A DNA stretch of 30,590 nucleotides from Deltaproteobacteria bacterium TL4 (GTDB lineage Bacteria; SAR324; NAC60-12). The stretch spans positions 1-30,590 of the forward strand of contig JBBCAX010000391.1 in assembly GCA_051382335.1 (NCBI GenBank), read 5' to 3'. The notes under the pieces were generated by a model that searched no databases, was not told the DNA's origin, and saw only the letters and a program-made list of their open reading frames with translations. The position numbers and the translations under genes are program-made. Shown piece by piece: positions 7,470 through 16,288 of the stretch (within the stretch, counting starts at the first letter, position 1; every line of letters starts with the position of its first letter).

Positions 7470-8558
7470 ATGAAAACCTCAACACTTTTTGGATTAAAAT
7501 TAACCTGGAAAACAGCGCTTCCTTATAGCCTCTTGTTTACGTTGGGGTTGATCTATGAAGCGATGGTTTTGTTACGGTTATGCCTCTATCAAAAAGGAAT
7601 CCTTTCTTCATACCAATCCAGTGTTCCTGTCATCTCTGTGGGCAATATCACTGTAGGAGGTTCCGGAAAAACTCCGATAGTGGACTATTTGCTCGCGCAA
7701 CTCAAAAAAAAGCAGATCACCTCAAGTGTTCTTAGCCGGGGCTACAAACGTCAGACACGTTCCACCCTACAGCGCATTAAAATGAGTGAAAAGGTTCCTG
7801 TGCATCCGCTCTCTTTTGGGGATGAACCTTATTTCCTGGCATCGGCGCACCCTGAGGTCCCTGTCTATGTCTGCAGTAAGCGAAGTTGGTCAGCACGCCT
7901 GGCAGAAAAATGGGATCAGCCTCAGCTCATGATTATGGATGATGGGTACCAACATGTAGCGTTGCATCGTGATTTAAACCTGTTGCTGATTGATGCTGAA
8001 CGAGGGTTAGGAAATCGCCGATTATTACCGTTGGGAGAACTCCGGGAGCCAGAGCCTCATTGGAATCGCGCGGATGCCATTTTCATCACAAAGTGTAATT
8101 TGGGTTTTTCGTCACGGGTGATGTACCAACTTCAAAAAGAACTTAAAGTAACCTGTCCGATTTTTCAATTTGACTATCTCCCTAAAGTACTATCCCGCCT
8201 GGATAAAAAAGAGACGGTTGTGCTTTCTGAACTCAAACAGAAAAGAGTGATGCTTTCCTCGGCCATTGCGCAACCTCAGGGATTTTCCTTGTTGCTTAAA
8301 CATCAAGGGGCAGAGGTCTTGCCTCCCGTTATTTTTGAGGATCATCATGTCTATACTTCCGAAACAGTACAGTTTCTGCTCAGGCAATATCACCATTTAA
8401 AGCCGGATTATTGGATTACCACTGAAAAAGATGCGACAAAGCTTCAATTCTTTAAGGAAATTCAGGAAATTTTATGGTTTGTTGAAATGGAAGTCGTTCC
8501 TGAAGCAAAATGGGATGACTTCTTTATTGATTTTTTACGAGAACATAAGCTATTATAG
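7470..8558 (+). CDS. lpxK: Tetraacyldisaccharide 4'-kinase
   Basis: VISVGNITVGGSGKTP, LSRGY, GDEP, DDGYQH, LLPLGELRE, FEDHH and TTEKD motifs. Confidence 0.97.
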   Translation: MKTSTLFGLKLTWKTALPYSLLFTLGLIYEAMVLLRLCLYQKGILSSYQSSVPVISVGNITVGGSGKTPIVDYLLAQLKKKQITSSVLSRGYKRQTRSTLQRIKMSEKVPVHPLSFGDEPYFLASAHPEVPVYVCSKRSWSARLAEKWDQPQLMIMDDGYQHVALHRDLNLLLIDAERGLGNRRLLPLGELREPEPHWNRADAIFITKCNLGFSSRVMYQLQKELKVTCPIFQFDYLPKVLSRLDKKETVVLSELKQKRVMLSSAIAQPQGFSLLLKHQGAEVLPPVIFEDHHVYTSETVQFLLRQYHHLKPDYWITTEKDATKLQFFKEIQEILWFVEMEVVPEAKWDDFFIDFLREHKLL

Positions 8559-8721
8559 CCCTCCTTTTAATGCTATTTCGGTAAAGGAACACAACAACAC
8601 ACTTTTAAAATAGGTGTTCCTATAAAATTTACAGGGCCATGTGAGTCCGCAAAATACGCGTTGCGTGGACTGAGTAGTTATAGCAAAGCAATTAATCAAG
8701 GGGAATGAAACGAGGATTTTT

Positions 8722-9246
8722 ATGGCAATCATGCAAATACGAACTTTTCCAGATCCTGTTCTGAAACAAAAAGCAAAGCCCGTGCGAGTTTTTGATGACG
8801 CGCTTAAAAGTTTAGCGGAGTCCATGTTGGAAACCATGTATGAGGCTGAGGGGATTGGACTTGCGGCAAATCAGGTTGCGGTATTGAAATGTATTGTTGT
8901 TATTGATCTTAACAGTTGCTCTGATGATAGAGAACTGGATCCGCATGTCTTCGTTAATCCCAAAATTGTAGCTCAATCGGGGGAGTGCTATGATGAAGAG
9001 GGATGCTTGAGTGTTGTTGATTATCGTGCTGAGGTTAAACGCTCACAGGAGATTACCGTTGAATATCAGGATCTCACAGGGGCACACCAGAAAATGAGCG
9101 CAACAGCGATAATGGCGATTTGTTTGCAGCATGAAATAGATCACTTGCAGGGAATCCTTTTCATTGATCATCTCTCACCTCTGAAGCAAAAAATAATAAA
9201 AAAACGCTTAACCAAACAGGCAAAACAACCGCAAAAGTCCGAATGA
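8722..9246 (+). CDS. def: Peptide deformylase
   Basis: GIGLAANQV, EGCLSV and QHEIDHLQG motifs. Confidence 0.98.
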   Translation: MAIMQIRTFPDPVLKQKAKPVRVFDDALKSLAESMLETMYEAEGIGLAANQVAVLKCIVVIDLNSCSDDRELDPHVFVNPKIVAQSGECYDEEGCLSVVDYRAEVKRSQEITVEYQDLTGAHQKMSATAIMAICLQHEIDHLQGILFIDHLSPLKQKIIKKRLTKQAKQPQKSE

Positions 9247-9716
9247 AGCAACGTAATAGACCCATCCTCTTGCTAGTGATAAGCCTCCTGTTTCTAGCCC
9301 CCTCATTTTTGTGGGCACAGTCCCAAGGGCAAACCTTTCGTTATGATCAAGCCAAAGTGATCTTGCCCAGGCAGGTGATTCAGGTCGATATTGCGGATAC
9401 GCAGGAGAAGAGAACGCTAGGACTCGGATTTCGATCGCATCTCCCTCAGGGGCGAGGGATGCTCTTTATTTTTGAACAACGGGAGCTCCACGGATTTTGG
9501 ATGAAGAACATGTCCTTTCCCATCGATATCATCTGGTTGGATAACTATCGGATCATCCATATCGAACCGAATATACAACCTTCACCTGAGGGAGAACCCC
9601 TTCCGACCTTCAAACCCGACAAGCTTTCTAATTTTGTCTTGGAAATAGGGGCGGGAGAAGCCAAAAGAATGGGGCTGGAGGTGGGACAAAAACTTAAATA
9701 TCAATTTGCTCCTTAG
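9243..9716 (+). CDS. DUF192-family exported protein
   Basis: Signal peptide plus IADT..R..GL, GMLFIF, FWMKNM.FPIDIIW and VLEI motifs. ATGA overlap with def. Confidence 0.92.
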   Translation: MKQRNRPILLLVISLLFLAPSFLWAQSQGQTFRYDQAKVILPRQVIQVDIADTQEKRTLGLGFRSHLPQGRGMLFIFEQRELHGFWMKNMSFPIDIIWLDNYRIIHIEPNIQPSPEGEPLPTFKPDKLSNFVLEIGAGEAKRMGLEVGQKLKYQFAP

Positions 9717-9834
9717 AGCATGAGCGCAAAAAAGCGTCCAAACCTGCAAGGGACCCCAGGCTTTCTGAAGCCCAAACTTGATACTTGGGGACCTCTTTGA
9801 TTGAGCAACGGCTATGAGTCAACACGCTCTAACG

Positions 9835-10122
9835 CTAATGTTTAGGATTACTGATAACGGTCATCGCCGCACTTTTCACCGCTTCAATGATTTCATGATC
9901 AGAAACATCTTCCCGTAATACAATACTGCCCATTTGAACGTATCGGGGAGGCAGTTTATTGAGGACCAATGCGTAAATATCCTCAATATCCAGAGGATCG
10001 GGTTCTGCTTCAAAAAACTCTTCCAGAACTCTGGGCATCAAATCAACAACACGAACTTCGTTTCTGTTACGAATTTTATAAACAGAAACATTTCCAATTT
10101 TGTATTTATCTTCTATTTTCAT
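9835..10122 (-). CDS. ComFB-family protein
   Basis: N.NE..V, EDIYALVLNKLPPRYV and terminal 'V.SNPKH' motifs typical of ComFB domains. Confidence 0.88.
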   Translation of the reverse strand: MKIEDKYKIGNVSVYKIRNRNEVRVVDLMPRVLEEFFEAEPDPLDIEDIYALVLNKLPPRYVQMGSIVLREDVSDHEIIEAVKSAAMTVISNPKH

Positions 10123-10144
10123 TTGTGCCCTTGGAGAAACAGAA

Positions 10145-10927
10145 TTGCATGATACGGACTCGTTTATTCTTAAACAAATCGATTACAAAGAAAGAGACAA
10201 AATCCTTACTTTCTTGACGAAAGAATCCGGGAAAAAAGCGGGGATTCTTCGAGGGGCAAAAAGCTTTAAATCCCAAAATGTTTCCCTCACAGAATTATTT
10301 AGCCATGTTCATTTGCATTATGTTGAAAAATCAAATCAAGACTTAGTTTCTATTCGTAAATGCAATCCCATTGAAAGCTATTATCCACTAAGGCAAGATT
10401 ATGAAAAATATTTGTATGCGTCATATTTCACAGAGCTGATACTTCTTTTTGAAATTCCGCCCCAAGATTCCCCGGCCTTTTTTCAGTTGTATCAAACTTC
10501 ACTGGAACATTGTCAAAATAAGAACACCTACCCTTTGATTAAATTTGAATTTGAAATGCGGTTTTTGCATCTTTTAGGAATTTTCCCTAATTTAGAGTGC
10601 TGTATTCAGTGTCAACAAAAGCTATGGGATTCCACCAGAACCTCTTCCCTACAACGCATCAGAAAACCCTTGCTTCATCAGCTTGACAGCAGAGAAGGCG
10701 GAATACGGTGTCCTGACTGTTACCATCAACATCCAGATCTGGTGTCCCTCTCTCCTGGAACTTTAGCTTATTTACAGCACCGCTATGTTAATCTTTTGGC
10801 ATCTAATTCAATAAAAATCAAAGAAACTCTACAAAATTTAATAGAATTGGATCAAGCCTTTGGTGTTTATTTTAGACACATCCTTGGAAAAAAGCCCAAA
10901 TCCCATGCTTTCTTAAGCATCCAATAG
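10145..10927 (+). CDS. recO: DNA repair protein RecO
   Basis: FILKQIDYKERDKILTFLT..GK..I.RGAK N-terminus, YASYFTEL, and zinc finger CIQC...GGIRCPDC. Likely TTG start at 10145 behind GGAG. Confidence 0.93.
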   Translation: MHDTDSFILKQIDYKERDKILTFLTKESGKKAGILRGAKSFKSQNVSLTELFSHVHLHYVEKSNQDLVSIRKCNPIESYYPLRQDYEKYLYASYFTELILLFEIPPQDSPAFFQLYQTSLEHCQNKNTYPLIKFEFEMRFLHLLGIFPNLECCIQCQQKLWDSTRTSSLQRIRKPLLHQLDSREGGIRCPDCYHQHPDLVSLSPGTLAYLQHRYVNLLASNSIKIKETLQNLIELDQAFGVYFRHILGKKPKSHAFLSIQ

Positions 10928-11992
10928 CTCATTGAATTTCATCAAGGTTTCTATGTTATAAACCTCTTTGGAAATAATGGGGACTTTATGAACGAAAGCT
11001 TCTTGTGGGAACTGAGCCAACAGGGACAAAAGCATTTTGGACTCATGAGTAGAATGTCTTTGCTGTTGAACAATAACATGTCTCAGCGAAAGGTAAAGTG
11101 CTGGTGGCAGCTGGGGATTCAGGTACCCGCCAAAATTGGGAGTGCATTTATTGACGATAAATCCCTTAAACGGCAAGTGAAATTCAACTAATTTTTCTAA
11201 CAAGATTCGTGATTCCATTAATTGCTGTTGATCGGGACCGGTCACAATTAAAAATCCGGTTTTTGGACTTGCGAGCAAGTCTGAAACCAGGGTCGCCTCA
11301 TTTCGAATATTTTCGTACATGCCATAAAAATTTTCCAGGAAGAATGAAATCTCGCCCAGGAAATGAGACCCTGTCAGTTTTTCAAAATACTTAAGGGCCA
11401 TATTCTTCCCCATGCTTGTGAGGGACTGTTTTCTCTGTTGAACCGCTTCTTTTCCGTGTGTTCCTTCTAGAAAATATTTAAACCAGGATTGACTAAAAAA
11501 CTCTTTCAAATTCAAAGGCGCGGTCACAAAATCAATCACATGTTGTGAAGGCGGTGTATCCAAAATAATAAGTTCGTATTGGTTTTCTGTATAAATCTGA
11601 AACAGTTGTTCCATTGCGCCATATTCCTGTGCGCCGCCCATCGCTTGAGAGCCCTGCTGGTAAATATGACTGCTGAAAATGGCTTTTGCCTGACTTTCGG
11701 AATGAGCATTTCTGCTGATTAAAGTGTCAATGGTATTTTGGACATCAAGCATCATCGCCCACATTTCCCCCGGAACCTCTGGGGGTAAAGGCACTCTTTT
11801 CGGGATTCCGCTTAACGCGCCAATACCTAAACTATCGGCTAAGCGTTTTGCAGGATCAATGGTGAGGACAATAACTTTGAGCCCAAGGCTTGCCGCACGA
11901 ATTCCCAATGCGGCACTGGTCGTCGTTTTCCCAACGCCCCCACAGCCGCAGTTAATGATCACCTGATGGTTTTGCAACGTTTCATTTAACAC
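10913..11992 (-). CDS. ArsA/GET3-family ATPase
   Basis: GCGGVGKTT deviant Walker A, TIDPAKRLADSLG, LDTPP and IVNK motifs. Confidence 0.92.
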   Translation of the reverse strand: MLNETLQNHQVIINCGCGGVGKTTTSAALGIRAASLGLKVIVLTIDPAKRLADSLGIGALSGIPKRVPLPPEVPGEMWAMMLDVQNTIDTLISRNAHSESQAKAIFSSHIYQQGSQAMGGAQEYGAMEQLFQIYTENQYELIILDTPPSQHVIDFVTAPLNLKEFFSQSWFKYFLEGTHGKEAVQQRKQSLTSMGKNMALKYFEKLTGSHFLGEISFFLENFYGMYENIRNEATLVSDLLASPKTGFLIVTGPDQQQLMESRILLEKLVEFHLPFKGFIVNKCTPNFGGYLNPQLPPALYLSLRHVIVQQQRHSTHESKMLLSLLAQFPQEAFVHKVPIISKEVYNIETLMKFNELLDA

Positions 11993-12111
11993 AATGCTTC
12001 CTTTGTTGTTAAAAGTGATAAGGTTGTGAATTTCAATGCCGACGGATCCTGCCTATTCAAAGAGAACCTCTTATTTATGCAGTTTAAACGAAACTCTGTA
12101 ATTCCTGAACG

Positions 12112-13323
12112 TCAGTGGTTTGAAAAATACTGAAACGCTAAAATCGTCAAATCATCCTGGCAGCGTACCCCCTTGGCAAACTCTTTGATATGAACCATTA
12201 AATCATTCAAAATTGTATCCAAATCCGAATTCCGGTTTGCGGATAAAAAATTAACGAACCGCTGCTGTCCAAAGAGTTCGTGTTTATCATTCATCCATTC
12301 AATAAAGCCATCCGTGTAAACAAAAAATTTATCGCCAACCTGCAATTGGTAATGCTCTTCTTTGTAAGGCACGACCTCCTTAAAAAAAATGCCTAAAGCC
12401 AAACCGCAATGACTCAATAACACCGGCTCAGAACCATCCTCGGGAATAATGACGATGGGAAGATGTCCCGCCAGGGTCACTTTTAATTCGCCCTTCGGAG
12501 AGACACGGAGATAGGCTCCCGTAATGAATTTACCGGTTTCACGGGACGCAAAAAGATGGTTCAGTGTTCGAATAGCCTCCGCTGTAGAAACATCAGCTCT
12601 CAAATTATCCAGCGCAATCTGTACCATCATGGTCATGAATCCTGCGGCAATGCCATGTCCTGTGGCGTCCCCCAAAAAAATATTTAAGGCGCCGTCACGA
12701 TTAAAATCCAGATCATAAACATCACCGGAGACCCCTCCGTAGGGAATGTATCGGGAGGTTATCTTTAAAAAAGCACAGTCTCTCACTTCCGGCAGAATCG
12801 AGTGTTGAAACTCTATCGCAAGTTCCAAGTCTTCCTTCATTTCATCATTATGACGTTTCAGTGCAAGGGTTTGTTGCTGAATCAGTCTTTTTTGCTCTTC
12901 AAGCTGCAACTCAATCTTTTTACGCTTGATGGCATAGCGAATGGAACGGATCAACATGCCATGTTTTACATCACCTTTGACTAAATAATCTTGTGCCCCG
13001 GCTTCTACAATTTGAACGGCTAAAGCCTCATCATTGTAAGTAGTCATGACGATGATGGGAATTTTGTGGATACGTTGGTGAACACTGAAAAAAGTGTCAA
13101 TGCCGTTTGAGTCAAGTAAGGACAGGTCCAGAACGACGACATCAAAGGACTGTTTTGACAAAATATCCAAGGCTTTTGATAAACAATTCGTGTGTGTGAT
13201 CTTGAAGTCCACCAGTTTGGATTCCTTTAAGAACTGACTCATCAGAAATTGGTAGTTGGGGTCATCTTCAACCATCAATACATGAATCGTTTCTTGAAAG
13301 GTTTGTAGTTCTGAAGCACTCAT
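12112..13323 (-). CDS. Response regulator receiver fused to a SpoIIE/PP2C phosphatase (RsbU-like)
   Basis: REC motifs VEDD, VLDLSL and YLVKG, a coiled coil, and PP2C motifs VSGDVY, GDATGHG, AGH, YTDG and DDLT. Confidence 0.95.
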   Translation of the reverse strand: MSASELQTFQETIHVLMVEDDPNYQFLMSQFLKESKLVDFKITHTNCLSKALDILSKQSFDVVVLDLSLLDSNGIDTFFSVHQRIHKIPIIVMTTYNDEALAVQIVEAGAQDYLVKGDVKHGMLIRSIRYAIKRKKIELQLEEQKRLIQQQTLALKRHNDEMKEDLELAIEFQHSILPEVRDCAFLKITSRYIPYGGVSGDVYDLDFNRDGALNIFLGDATGHGIAAGFMTMMVQIALDNLRADVSTAEAIRTLNHLFASRETGKFITGAYLRVSPKGELKVTLAGHLPIVIIPEDGSEPVLLSHCGLALGIFFKEVVPYKEEHYQLQVGDKFFVYTDGFIEWMNDKHELFGQQRFVNFLSANRNSDLDTILNDLMVHIKEFAKGVRCQDDLTILAFQYFSNH

Positions 13324-13863
13324 GTTGAAGACCTTTATTCCTTATTTTCGCATTGTAATTAATTTTAATTCCCCGTGGACCTTATAATATTCAGCCAGTA
13401 CCGGCAACTCAAATTTTGGTTTTGGAAATGAGCCTTATGCTAAGTCTGTTATAACAGTAAAGCTCATAAATAAAGCTCTTTTTTGAGGGAAGCGTAAAAC
13501 TGATGTCGGCATAGCTCTTTGAAACAGGAAAAAACGCTGCAAGAAATTGTATTGGAAGCAATTCTCAAATGGAGAGATCAGAATATCCCAGACGGACTTG
13601 ATGCTTCTGAAGAACACCGGGCTTAAGTCATTACCACGGTGAATCAGGTTTTGGGATGGGGAATACCGCGTTTTTCGATGACTGGGGGCAAAGGCCAGTT
13701 GGAAACTCGCCAAAAGGAAGCGCAGACACGCTATAGTGTGAAAATTTTACGTTTGCTTTGGAAGAGGACAAGTTCGGGATGAACGCTGGTACCTACCGCA
13801 AAATGACGCTTAAATCGGCTTATCACCAAATAAATTTACAGCAGGATATTTTTTGAACGTTCC

Positions 13864-14211
13864 TTAGAAGGCGTTTTTCATCCAGGCTATCGCGGTTTCT
13901 TCCGTATCAAAGGTAGGGATGATTTTATCTAACCCCAGTAATTGAAATACCTCAAAAACTTTCCGTTGAAAATTAGAGATGGCCAAAACAGCATCGCGTT
14001 CACGAATTGTTTTGAGAATGGAGACAATCATACCAACGCCCTTGGAATCCAAAGTTTTGACTTCTTTTAAATTAATGATCAGTCCACGAATACTGGGATC
14101 GGTTGCGATAGGTTTGAGATATTCTCGTGCTTGAATGACGCCATCCAAGGCAATATTCCCAATTACGTTGACAACACAAATGTCATTAGTTTTGATATGA
14201 TTAAGTTCCAT
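13864..14211 (-). CDS. STAS anti-sigma-factor antagonist
   Basis: LIINLKEVKTLDSKGVGMIV (phospho-Ser motif) and VFQLLGLDKII..FDTEE.A. Start MELNHIK at 14211. Confidence 0.9.
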   Translation of the reverse strand: MELNHIKTNDICVVNVIGNIALDGVIQAREYLKPIATDPSIRGLIINLKEVKTLDSKGVGMIVSILKTIRERDAVLAISNFQRKVFEVFQLLGLDKIIPTFDTEETAIAWMKNAF

Positions 14212-14452
14212 AGATTTCACACTTCCAAGTATTACAGTCCCCAAAACAATCACTCCTTCTTCAGAAGCTGACTCCTTCAAGGAGTACTTCAAAAACTTTA
14301 ATGGAGAGTCAACGCTGACACAAAAGTTAATAAAAACACGGTCCCACAACTAGAACTCTTTTATAAGATACTTCTGTTGCTTTTTCAAGTGTCTTCGCAA
14401 AAATAAAGCATTATTTGTTCAGCGAGTTATTCGTGATACTACGTGGTTGCTC

Positions 14453-15700
14453 CTATTTAAGCGCAAATTCAACAATATTCAGTCCCCCCTTTTTCACTTT
14501 TCCCCGACTGTCCCGTTCTACTTGAATCGTTGCCTGAACTTCCGCCTGAATGCCTGAAACTTCCGTAATCAAGCGGATTTCATACCATTGATTGTAAATG
14601 ATAAAAAAATCCCCTACCCGACTGATGGTATCCAGGTTCAGAGGTGCAAGTTTTGCGGAGATGTCTCGAAGCGTTTTAAATTGCTTACGCTGTCCGCTCT
14701 CTTCCTTGGTCGTCAATTCTTGATCAATGCTTTTCGCAATATCCGGACTCGAAAATTCCTGAAGATACCGGTATTGTTCGGTAACCCAGTCGCTTGGAAC
14801 AATGCATGGGGTTTCTGTATTGAAGCTTAATAAAAATTGCTCTATCTCTCCAGGAGAGGCCAGATTCACATTCAAACTAGGCTCAAAAGAATTATTTTTT
14901 TCTACGCCAACAGGGTGAATGGTAAATGATTTTCTCCACGTCGCTTCCCATAATTGCTTTGTTGGAAATAATTGGGAGACGCCTTTGACTAAACGAACCT
15001 CATTCAATTCATCAAACATCCTGTTTTTGATGCGAAATTCAGGCTCCAAACCTAAATAATCATTTTGCTCCGCACCATAATCCACGGAATAAGGTTCGTC
15101 GTCTTTATCAATCCAATCCCAGATTGCGCCGTAAATGGAAAGGACTTCATTAGCTTCCAGCGCGCGCATCGCGCTCTTTGCCTCCGCGCCTGGTTTAGCG
15201 TTCAGATCAATGACCTTTGCGGAAGATAACGTATTAAAAAACTGATTGCACAAGAGATATTCCCTCGAACTTCCGGGGAGGCTGACAACGGTATCGAATT
15301 GCTGTAAGCGGTTCAGGTTAAAAAGGTGATCAATCGGACGAATGTAAGGACTGTAGATAGAAACTTCCTCAAAATCGGGGATCAGTCCTGGCGGCATGGG
15401 TAATGGCGGTGGTGGATTAAGAATCGAAGCGGAAGTGAGACCCGCTAACTGATAGATACGGGATAACCCTCCAAAGAAAACAGACTCCTCTTCTGATTCC
15501 AATCCAACCAAAACCGCCTTAAACATGGATTTTGCGGCACTTTGCGCTTGAAACGCGGACTGAAAATTTTGCATGGATTTGACTTCCAGCGTGGTTTCAA
15601 AAGAAAACTCTGTTAAAAACATGGCCATGAGAACGAGTATCACCAACGTGAGTAACAAGGCGATCCCTTTTTTTCGTGAGGAAGCGGTATTGGAAAGCAT
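14453..15700 (-). CDS. gspK: Type II secretion minor pseudopilin GspK
   Basis: Prepilin site KKG|IALLLTL, FNLN, AIWDWIDKD, KNRMFDELNEVRLVKG and LNVNLAS motifs. Start could be 15700 (ATG) or 15709 (TTG). Confidence 0.88.
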   Translation of the reverse strand: MLSNTASSRKKGIALLLTLVILVLMAMFLTEFSFETTLEVKSMQNFQSAFQAQSAAKSMFKAVLVGLESEEESVFFGGLSRIYQLAGLTSASILNPPPPLPMPPGLIPDFEEVSIYSPYIRPIDHLFNLNRLQQFDTVVSLPGSSREYLLCNQFFNTLSSAKVIDLNAKPGAEAKSAMRALEANEVLSIYGAIWDWIDKDDEPYSVDYGAEQNDYLGLEPEFRIKNRMFDELNEVRLVKGVSQLFPTKQLWEATWRKSFTIHPVGVEKNNSFEPSLNVNLASPGEIEQFLLSFNTETPCIVPSDWVTEQYRYLQEFSSPDIAKSIDQELTTKEESGQRKQFKTLRDISAKLAPLNLDTISRVGDFFIIYNQWYEIRLITEVSGIQAEVQATIQVERDSRGKVKKGGLNIVEFALK

Positions 15701-15705
15701 GTTAT

Positions 15706-16278
15706 TCAAGTCTCCTGTGTGTAGACTTCTGCTCTTGAAAAAAAATCTTGAATCCCCCGGTGAGTTCGGGAAAAGAGGAGACCAAAAAACAACAAACCGC
15801 CTGTAACCACTCCCAGGAAAATTCCAATTTCTCGAAGTAAATTGGAGATAATCCCGGGAATCCGGTCTCCGTCTTTAAGAACAATAATCTGGCAGCACAC
15901 TTTTCCGGGAGTTTGTCCGCTTAAACTATGGAAAATAATAAAGTATCCAATCAACAACAGTAATTCCAGCATCGATGCGAAATTTACTTGAGGCAAGTCT
16001 CTGAGGCCTTCACTCATCAACTCCAATCCGTCAAGAAACGCACCTCCTGTCAACCAGTCACAAAGACAGACGAGAATACCAATCAGGGTATAATCAATCA
16101 GCCGAGCCAGTAATCGCGCAAAAATGGGCGCAACCTGTTCATGGTGAACAGACCCCATCTCCGTGTGCTCCTTCAAAGGTAAGTTGCAGATGGGGCAGTA
16201 TTTTAAAGCCATTCCCAAAATTCCGTTTTGTTTTAAGGGAAGTGGGCGCTGACAATGAGGACAGTTTTGTAAGGCCAT
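15706..16278 (-). CDS. RDD-family membrane protein with an N-terminal zinc ribbon
   Basis: CPHC...CPIC, then RLLARLID, GQTPGK and RGIQD motifs. Confidence 0.9.
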   Translation of the reverse strand: MALQNCPHCQRPLPLKQNGILGMALKYCPICNLPLKEHTEMGSVHHEQVAPIFARLLARLIDYTLIGILVCLCDWLTGGAFLDGLELMSEGLRDLPQVNFASMLELLLLIGYFIIFHSLSGQTPGKVCCQIIVLKDGDRIPGIISNLLREIGIFLGVVTGGLLFFGLLFSRTHRGIQDFFSRAEVYTQET

Positions 16279-16288
16279 AAGTCCGCTT

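Noticed and set aside
8585..8670. Two imperfect hairpins between lpxK and def as an ncRNA
   Set aside because: Short stems with large loops and no recognisable family motif. Could be a terminator or promoter region, but this is unsupported.
10913..11992. Arsenic resistance locus (ArsA plus ArsR)
   Set aside because: The two genes are about 10 kb apart, there is no arsB/acr3/arsC/arsD, and the ArsR lacks metal-binding Cys in its HTH domain.
13435..13713. 92-aa minus-strand ORF between STAS and REC-PP2C
   Set aside because: No RBS, atypical composition and no recognisable motif.
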